Both the position numbers and the translations under genes were made by a program. A stretch of 64,000 nt of DNA from Octopus vulgaris (taxonomy: Eukaryota), in the NCBI GenBank assembly GCA_951406725.2, contig OX597825.1, forward strand, positions 31,558,001 through 31,622,000. Reading direction: 5' to 3'. Below the pieces are notes generated by a model, which did not search any database, was not told the origin of the DNA, and was given only the letters and a program-made list of their open reading frames with translations. Every line of letters begins with the position of its first letter. Position 1 is the stretch's first letter. Of the stretch, positions 56,200-64,000 are shown piece after piece.

Positions 56200-57466
56200 T
56201 TGGGTTGTCTGGAAAGTTCATGCCGATTTATAGTAGCTTACCTTTCAACTTATTTTAGAACATGGTTGGCTCCATAAAATAGAATTTGACTACACCTCCA
56301 TCTACAGCACAGTTTAAGCTATCTTTTCATGGAAGAAGGTTTATGTTCCTATAACCTGTGTTAATTTTGTAACCCTTTAAAATGGAAGATAAGAAAGTTC
56401 ATTTTCGGCACTTGATGCTTTTCTTTTTCCTCACTAGCAACCAAAGAAATATACGCAGTTTACGCTGATGTTTCTTTATCTGAAAGAACTGTACGGAAGT
56501 GGTTCGCAAGGTTCTGAGCTGGAGATTGTAGCCTTATTGATAAAGAGCGATCAGGCAGACCATCCACTACAGATGATGACCAAATCAATTCAATAATTGA
56601 GAATAACCCACATTGCACAACCCGAGAATTGGCAGAAAGCCTCAACCTATCAAAATCCATCATTCATGAGCATCTAGTAAAGCTTGGGTACATAAATCAC
56701 AATGACGTTTGGGTATCACATGAGTTGAGTCAGAAGAACCTTTTGGATCGCATTTCCATCTGTGATTCACTTAATAAACGGAATGAAAACACACCTTTTT
56801 TAAAGCAAATTGTGACAGGTGATGAGAAATGGATTATCTACCGAAATGTTCAGAGAAAGCAATCCTGGAGTAAGCAACATGAGCCACCCTTAGCCACTCC
56901 AAAAGCGGGTCTTCATCCTAAAAAAGTCTTGCTTTGTGTCTGGTGGGATTCGAAAGGAATTCTGTACTATGAGCTTCTCCCAAGTAACCAGACAATTAAT
57001 TCTGAGAAATACTGCACACAACTGGATGAGTTAAAAGCAGCAATTCAAGAGAAACATCCAGAATTGGCCAACAGGAAGGGTGTTGTTTTCCAACATGATA
57101 ATGCAAGACCGCATGTTTCTTTGGGAACCAGACAAAAATTTCTGCAGCTCAGGTGGGATGTGTTACCCCACCCTCCATATTCACCAGATATTGCTCCTTC
57201 AGATTTCCAAATATTCAGGTCTCTGCAGAATAGTCTTAATGGTAAAACTTTCAATTCCTTGGATGACATAAAAAGATACCTTGATGAATTCTTTGCCATG
57301 AAACCACCTCAATTCTGGGAAGAGGGTATTTTCAAGTTAAAGGAAAGATGGAGACGCATTGTGCAACAAAATGGTTCATATTTGGTTGATTAAAAATGTA
57401 ATGGCAAATATTTATTGACCTTTTTCTTTCCTTTAAAAATCGGCACAAACTTTCCGGACAACCCAT
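56200..57466 (+). mobile_element. Full-length mariner (DD34D) transposon in the last intron of AP5B1. 5' part of the transposase is disrupted; 56629-57393 is open.
   Basis: About 30-bp TIRs (ttgggttgtctggaaagttcatgccgattt / aaatcggcacaaactttccggacaacccat), TA on both sides, 1267 bp. Motifs IVTGDEKW, HDNARPH and YSPDIAPSDF. ATG at 56382 is followed by a frameshift and a stop. Confidence 0.95.
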
Positions 57467-57909
57467 TATATATTAACTTGACTATTTTACTAACACAATA
57501 TTGAAACCTACTTTGTACAATAGTATTGCTAATGAGAGTCATTTTGGTGTTGTGCCAGCTGCACTCGACTTAAAACCCTAGCACATGTAGAACTGACACT
57601 TAACTGTCAGCAATGGTCACACTCATCTAACGAGTAGACAACTGTCATCACCATCATATATATCATGTTCATCGACGTCATTTAACATCCACCTTCCATG
57701 CTGGCATAGGTTGGATAGTTTTACAAGAGCTGGCCAGGCAGAAGACTGTTCCAGACTTCTGTGTGTGTTTTGTCACAGTTTTTACAACAGGATACCCTTC
57801 CTAACACCAACCACCACACAGAGTGAATTGAGTGCTTTTTATGTAGCACCAGCACAAGTGAGGTCAGTTTTGGCATGGTTTTTACAGCTGGATGCCCTTC
57901 CAATATATA

Positions 57910-57962
<53 letters not shown>

Positions 57963-58678
57963 AATCATCATCATCATCGTTTAACGTCTGCTTTCCATGC
58001 TAGCATGGGTTGGACGGTTCGACTGAGGACTGGTAAACCAGAAGGCTGCACCAGGCTCCAATCTGATCTGGCAAGGTTTCTACAACTGGATGCCCTATTA
58101 ACGCCAACCACTCCGAGAGTGTAGTGGGTGATTTTACGTGCCACCAGCATGAGGATCAGTCAGGTGGTTCTGGCAATGATCACGCTCAGTAGGTATTTTT
58201 ATGTGTTACCTGCACGGGAGCCAGTCCGGCGGCACTGGCAACGATCATGCTTGAATGTTGTTTTTCATGTGCCGGTAAGGCAACACCGGCAATGATCATT
58301 CACGAATGGTGCTTTTCACATGTCACTGGCATGGGAGCCAATCCATGGCTCTGGCAACGATCATGCTTCGATGTGCTTTTAACGTTCCACTGGTATGAGT
58401 GCCAATCAGGCGGTACTGTCATCGGCCAGGTCAGCATTCTATAATACATGAAATAAGTTAATTGGAATCTCTCATCAAAGATGATGTATGAATGTTCAGC
58501 TTTTATTGAACAACCTGCACAAATAATTTGTTTATAATAAACAAATGCATGTGCTGTACATTAGCTTACTCTTTCCTTCAAATTGACATTACCAGTACAC
58601 ATGCACAAGTATACCACATGTCAGGTGTTGAAGTGATCAAAGGAACAACACGAAACGAAGTATTTTATGCAGTCTTAC

Positions 58679-58782
58679 CATTGTTACAATAAACAACGTA
58701 GGGATTAAGTTCTGATTCCTTGAGTTTCTTCAAACCAGTCTGGTTTATTGGCAGAATCTTGATAGACTGGAGGGCTGCTGGG
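58679..58782 (-). CDS. AP5B1: AP5B1 internal exon: (G)PAALQSIKILPINQTGLKKLKESELNPYVVYCNN(E)
   Basis: ctttacag acceptor and gtaaga donor, 104 bp. Phase 2 in and phase 1 out join both neighbours in frame. Aligns with human ...GLEGLVSRHLEPFVV. Confidence 0.88.
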
Positions 58783-58919
58783 CTGTAAAGAAGTCAAAAT
58801 CAAAATGTCCATATCATATATTGATATAATTACAAATTGAATTTAATTCAAACAGAGGTATTGAAGTGGTTAATGTTTAATATTCTGTGTCAGTTTTATT
58901 CCACTCATTTTGAAAAAAT

Positions 58920-59076
58920 AGTGGCTGTGTGGTAAGTAGCTTGATTACCAACCACATGGTTCTGGGTTCATTCCCACTGCGTTGGCACCTTGGGCAAGTG
59001 TCTTCTACTATAGCCTTGGGCCGACCAAAGCCTTGTGAGTGGATTTGGTAGACGGAAACTAAAGAAGCCTGTTGTA

Positions 59077-59125
<49 letters not shown>

Positions 59126-59342
59126 ATATGTTTGTGTGTCTGTGTTTGTCCCCCCAACATCGCTTGACAACCGATGGTGGTGTGTTTATGTCCCCGTAAC
59201 TTAGCAGTTTGGCAAAAGAGACCGATAAACTAAGTACTAGGCATCCAAAGAATAAGTCCTTGGGTCAATTTGCTCGACTAAAGGTAGTGCTCCAGCATGG
59301 CCGTAGTCAAATAACTGAAACAAATAAAAGAGTAAAAGAGTA
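58920..59342 (+). mobile_element. tRNA-derived SINE family A (internal TA/TG microsatellite, aaagagt tail), representative copy
   Basis: A-box tggctgtgtggtaag and B-box ggttca. Other copies at about 1623-2033(-), 6390-6809(+), 12410-12735(+), 16280-16425(+), 20340-20858(+), 23037-23403(-), 28200-28528(-), 29331-29797(-), 41098-41488(-), 43760-43910(-), 47540-47948(+) and 53160-53625(+). Confidence 0.9.
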
Positions 59343-60508
59343 AATTCCATATAAGGGAAGGGTTTAATGTAGTAAATAAATCTTTAAAATTAGGGCCAAA
59401 TGAGCCACTGATGAAGCTTCTGTGAAGTCATTTGTTTGATACAGCAGCCAAATCTCCCTCAAAATATTTCTAACTTTAAAATTATAAACCATGTGGGTTA
59501 CTGATGGAGTATTACAAAAGTCAATTGCATAATATAGCAGCTAAATTTCCCTCGTGAAATTCTGTCTTTAAAATTAGGACCACATGAGCCACTGAAGTTA
59601 TTTGCTCGCTACAACAGCTAAATCTCCCTCAAAATGTTCGGATCTTTAAAATTAGGACTACATAAACTATTCAAGAAGCTGGTGTGAAGCCCTTTGCTTT
59701 ATTTCCAGAAAACAGAAAAAAGATTTCAACTGTTTCTTTTTTTTTTATTAAATTATAATAGCTGTTTAACCGTGAGACATTAAGAAACTAAAAGATTCCA
59801 GATATGAACATCATCGTCATCATCATCATCATCGTTTAACGTCCGTTTTCCATGCTAGCATGGGTTGGACGGTTTGACTGGGGCCTGGGAAGCCAGGAGG
59901 CTGCACCAGGCTCCAGTCTGATCTGGCAGTGTTTCTACAGCTGGATATTCGTCCTAACACCAACCACTCCATGAGTGTAATGGGTGCTTTTTACGTGCCA
60001 CCCAGTCTAATTTTTCTCAAGCAGAGTGTATCACCAACTACATTAGTTTTTCCAGTGCTTAGTCAATAAGAAAAGGGTAGAACCCATGACTTGTTTTTCT
60101 TTTTTTTTTTTCCACAAGGTATCAAAGACTGATGGGTGAAGGGGACACATTAGCTTCAAAATGAAAACCTTTCCCAAATACTTTCAACAAAATTAATTCC
60201 ACTAATGACATCCAAAGTTTTTTGGTATTAAACACAACAGTGGATTAATTGTACCACCCAAAAGCTTAGCCCACAAGGTACTGTAACAAAGACTGTCATG
60301 TACCTCATCCAACACTCTAAGAATAGCTCATTTGTTTTTTCTTCTTTTCTTTCAAAATGGTAGGGTTGAAGATTTCAACAACAACAACAAAAACAGTAGC
60401 AGCCACCACCACCAAAAGCACATGTTAAGCAAGGGTATAGAAGGAAGGCAAAGAAAAAATATCTAAAATATGAATAACTGAAGCAAAAATTTAGACAATG
60501 TAGGTTAA

Positions 60509-60733
60509 AAGGCAAAAGTATAAGTGTAAGGCAAAAATATGAGTGTAAGGCAAAAATATGGGTGTAAGGCAAAAATATGAGTGTAAGGCAAAAATATGGG
60601 TGTAAGGCAAAAATATGAGTGTAAGGCAAAAATATGGGTGTAAGGCAAAAATATGGGTGTAAGGCAAAAATATGGTTGTAAGGCAAAAATATGGGTGTAA
60701 GGCAAAAATATGGGTGTAAGGCAAAAATATGGG
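60509..60733. repeat. 19-bp minisatellite (g[a/g]gtgtaaggcaaaaatat), about 12 copies, intronic in AP5B1
   Basis: Direct tandem repeats; these explain the periodic ORFs at 60375-60749. Confidence 0.95.
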
Positions 60734-60759
60734 TATCAGTCAAAACCAAAACAGCTTAC

Positions 60760-60939
60760 CCAGAATTGTTGTTACTTTCTGTTATGTGCTCCCACACTTT
60801 GTTAAAGAGGAGATATTTTCGATCGTCTGGAACTCCTAGAATCTTCCATGGAATGGGCATCATCAAATCAGTAAAACTTATGGATGTAGTTCCAAGACAA
60901 CAGTACATTGTCACTTTGTTCACAGAGGCAAATATCGAC
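60760..60939 (-). CDS. AP5B1: AP5B1 internal exon: (W)SIFASVNKVTMYCCLGTTSISFTDLMMPIPWKILGVPDDRKYLLFNKVWEHITESNNNS(G)
   Basis: ttccag acceptor and gtaagc donor, 180 bp, phase 2/2. SISFTDLMMP...LFNKVWE resembles human FVNFADLFLP...FFEELWD. Confidence 0.9.
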
Positions 60940-61038
60940 CTGGAATACATGAGTATATATGTCTGAGTGTATGTATATATGCATGTGTTTGTATATCTAT
61001 ATATGTATATACATACACACACATATGCATGTGTGTGC

Positions 61039-61078
<40 letters not shown>

Positions 61079-61267
61079 CCTTCATTATTGCCATCATTTA
61101 ACAGCCATTGTCCATGCTGGTATGGGCTGGACGGTTTGACTAGGGCTGGAAAGCTAGGAGGCTGCACCAGACTCGTCTGATTTGGCATGCTTTCTATGGC
61201 TGGATGCCCTTCCTAACATTAACCACTCCAAGTGTGTAAAGGGTGATTTTATGTGCCACTGGCATGG

Positions 61268-61298
<31 letters not shown>

Positions 61299-61299
61299 T

Positions 61300-62100
61300 A
61301 TCATCATCATCATTTAATGTCTGTTTTCCATGCTGACATGGGTTGGACAGTTTGATTGGGGCTGGCACGTTGGAAGGCTGTGCCAGGATCCAGTCTGATT
61401 TGGCATGGTTTTCTACGGCCGGATGCCCTTCCTAACGCCAACCACTCCAAGAGTGTAATGGGTGCTTTTACGATGCACAAGCACAGGTGCCATTTGCATG
61501 ACACCGATATCAGCCATGACTGCAATCTCACTTTAGTTGCCAGGTTTTCTCAATCGCAGCATATCTCCAAAGGTCTCGGTCTCTTTTCATTGCCTCTGTG
61601 AGGTCCAATGTTTGAAGATCATGCTTCACCACCTCATACCATGTCTTCCTGGGACTACCGTATCCACAGGTTCCTTCCACAGTTAGGGTGTGCTACTTCC
61701 TCACACAGCTATCCTCATCCATACATAACACATGACCATTTGTCTCTCTTGCACACCACATCTGATGCTTCTTATGTCCAACTTTTCTCTCAGGGCACTT
61801 ACACTCTGTCATGTATGCACACTGACATTACACATCCAGCAGATCATACTAGCTTCATTTCTTTCAAGCTTACACATGTCCTCAGCAGTCATGGCCCATG
61901 TTTCACTGCCATGTAGCATGGCAGTTTGCACACATGCATCATACAGTCTACTTTTCATCCTGAGTGAGAGGCCCTTAGTTGCCAGCAGAGGTAAGAGCTC
62001 TTGCCCATGTTATTCGTATTCTACAATCTCAGAGCATCCACCCCAATGACAGACTTGATTGCCTCAGCAGCAAAAGCTATCAACTATTTCTGGGGTTTTT
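61300..62100 (-). mobile_element. RTE-clade LINE 3' end with (GAT)n tail
   Basis: GRLYDACVQTAMLHGSETWA and NEASMICWMCNV. Its 3' UTR (gatgcccttcctaacgccaacc) also occurs alone at about 57650-57900, 57975-58150, 59810-60005 and 61085-61265. Confidence 0.8.
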
Positions 62101-62411
62101 TTTTCCCCTAGCATGTGATGGAGTCTGTTTTCTGTACATCTTCAGTGTTTATTGCCCCTCTGTATACATACACATATATATATGGTTGGGAGGCAAGTTT
62201 CTAAATCACACAGCCATGACTGATCCTATAGCTGATGGATAAAAGAACTTATCAGCATTAACTCACCATCAGCCATTTCTAATTCTTGGGCTTAGAAGAC
62301 AAAGAAGCTTCCAAATGTAATAAATTATGAAGAAAATGAAAATAAATTCAAAACTTGTTTTTTAAAATCAATAAAAAAAATTATAGTAAACAAATTTTCT
62401 TCATATCTTAC

Positions 62412-62475
62412 CAAGTAGAAAAGTCTCCAGGAAATGGTTTCCGGGAATAAAACTCTAACTGAACCATTTCAGAAT
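62412..62475 (-). CDS. AP5B1: AP5B1 internal exon: (D)SEMVQLEFYSRKPFPGDFST(W)
   Basis: Strong ttccttcccttttcag acceptor and gtaaga donor, 64 bp, phase 1/2, in frame. Resembles human LLPLQPRCPAPARLDV. Confidence 0.88.
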
Positions 62476-63676
62476 CTGAAAAGGGAAGGAAATGAATAGA
62501 TAAGGTTTGGTGAATCTGATTTTATACAGCATCAGTTCTGAGATGAAAACATGCCTAACTGTGGAAAGGATTAGTTTGCTTAGAAACAGATAGGAGTTGG
62601 TAATTGGAAGGGCATCTGGCCATAGAAGATTTCATTTGACTGTCGAAAGTCTAGAAATATAAATGAGGATTAGAGAAACTGAAATGAAACAAAGCTACTA
62701 AAGAGAAGGTTTTTTTGTTTTTAACCATTTCTCAAAAGACTGTATAAATTTTCTTCAGCCATTTCACTTCACAACTCTAGCATCAACAGCTAAAAGACAT
62801 TTCTGACTAAATACACTTGAAAAAATTATTTTCTCCCTTTTTTTTAAATTTTATTTTTTATTAAGATGATCTTTCAAATGTTATTTCTTTGCTGTCATTT
62901 GATACACAGGACATATTTCTCTGGCATCCATACACCAACCATGCACCAAATTCTTTTTTCTTTTCTCTTTTTTTTTTTTTCAAAGTAGACAAGTAACTTG
63001 GGACTTGTGAAAATAAAGTTTAATAGTGTGGACATTTAGAACAAATTTATAAAATCGCTTTCATCAAACAAAAGGTTAATTTTAATTTTCTTTATGTAGT
63101 TTATTATTTAAAATACACTTAGTTTTCATAACAGTAAGATTTGTATCTTTAAAACTGCTACAAGAGCCAAAAGGATCCCAAACACTTTTAATTATTTTTT
63201 ATTTACTTTCTAACTTGTAAATCATGTTTTAACAATCTAAGATACAAGAAATTTAATCAGAGTAAAATACTGATTTCAAATTTTGGCACAAGGCCAGCAA
63301 TTTTGGGGAGAAGGTGTAAGTCAATTGCATCAACCCCAGTACTCAACTGGTACTTATTTTATCAACCCTGAAAGGATTAAAGGCAAAAATGACGTTGGCA
63401 GAATTTGAACTCACAATGCAAAGACAAGAAATACTGCTAAGCATTTTGCCTGGTGTACAAACAATTCTGTCAGCTCCCCACCTTAATCAGAGTAACATTG
63501 AAAACATTGCCATTATGAAAAAGATTTTTTAGAATAATTTATATGGGGCGGGGGGAATAAAATTTGAAAAATGGTATTAGTAATTGCAAAAAATGTCCTT
63601 CCTTCTAGTATTACATATAATGGATATAATTGTTACAGAGTTTACTTATGAAAAAAGATTTTTAAAAATCTCTTAC

Positions 63677-63706
63677 CTTCCTTCTTGAGGAATGGAATGT
63701 GAATGG
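63677..63706 (-). CDS. AP5B1: AP5B1 30-bp exon: xIHIPFLKKE(D)
   Basis: tcttgtag acceptor and gtaaga donor, phase 1/1. IHIPFL resembles human VHVPCL. The gene continues towards or beyond the window end. Confidence 0.82.
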
Positions 63707-64000
63707 CTACAAGATAGAAGAAAATATATATAAATATAAGGTAAAAGTTTTTATTTTTCATTCCCTTCAAAAATTGCTCTTAAATGTGGTATTTGGTCGT
63801 TTTGACTGCTTCTTCTAGCATGTAAAAATTACCTGTTATAGGTAGTTTTCTCTTGTGTTTAAATGTACATTATTTTATATGGAGAATATGTTATCTATTG
63901 ACTTTTTATACATTCTAGGCCACTGGTAGTGAAATTTCTAAGAATATTCGCGACCCTATATATATATATATCTTACGAATATGATTTTAGCATTTAGAAG

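Noticed and set aside
59380-59700. CTGATGA in a diverged tandem duplication as a hammerhead
   Set aside because: No GAAA core or pairing stems; just a degenerate tandem repeat.
60509-60733. CRISPR-like array
   Set aside because: Tandem units with no unique spacers, in eukaryotic intronic context with no cas genes.

Overview
Very AT-rich, microsatellite-saturated eukaryotic DNA. The SINE families and (TA/CA/TAA/GATA)n load point to an octopus genome; this is an inference from recognising the repeats, not a lookup. About half the window is transposon-derived: three tRNA-derived SINE families, many decayed R4/Dong-type LINEs sitting in (TAA)n tracts, Tx1/L1, RTE, CR1/L2 and RNase H-type LINE ends, two full-length and one decayed mariner, a Helitron remnant, MITEs and several long palindromes. 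The one confidently identified host gene is the 3' part of AP5B1 (AP-5 complex beta subunit) on the minus strand. It is rebuilt by hand as five phase-consistent GT-AG exons (63706 to stop at 55727). A CpG-rich promoter-like island with NRF1, ETS and YY1 motifs lies at about 15.2-15.5 kb. The most notable signals are: a TSD-flanked inverted Penelope-type insertion carrying a minimal hammerhead ribozyme; a SINE body with swappable 3' tails, one matching a local Tx1/L1-like LINE; a fixed-ended 550-bp element found only in (ATT)n tracts; and a cryptic spliced unit resembling a myosin light chain. Almost all ORFs in the supplied track are microsatellite artefacts. No prokaryotic-type system, CRISPR array, rRNA or true tRNA gene was found.
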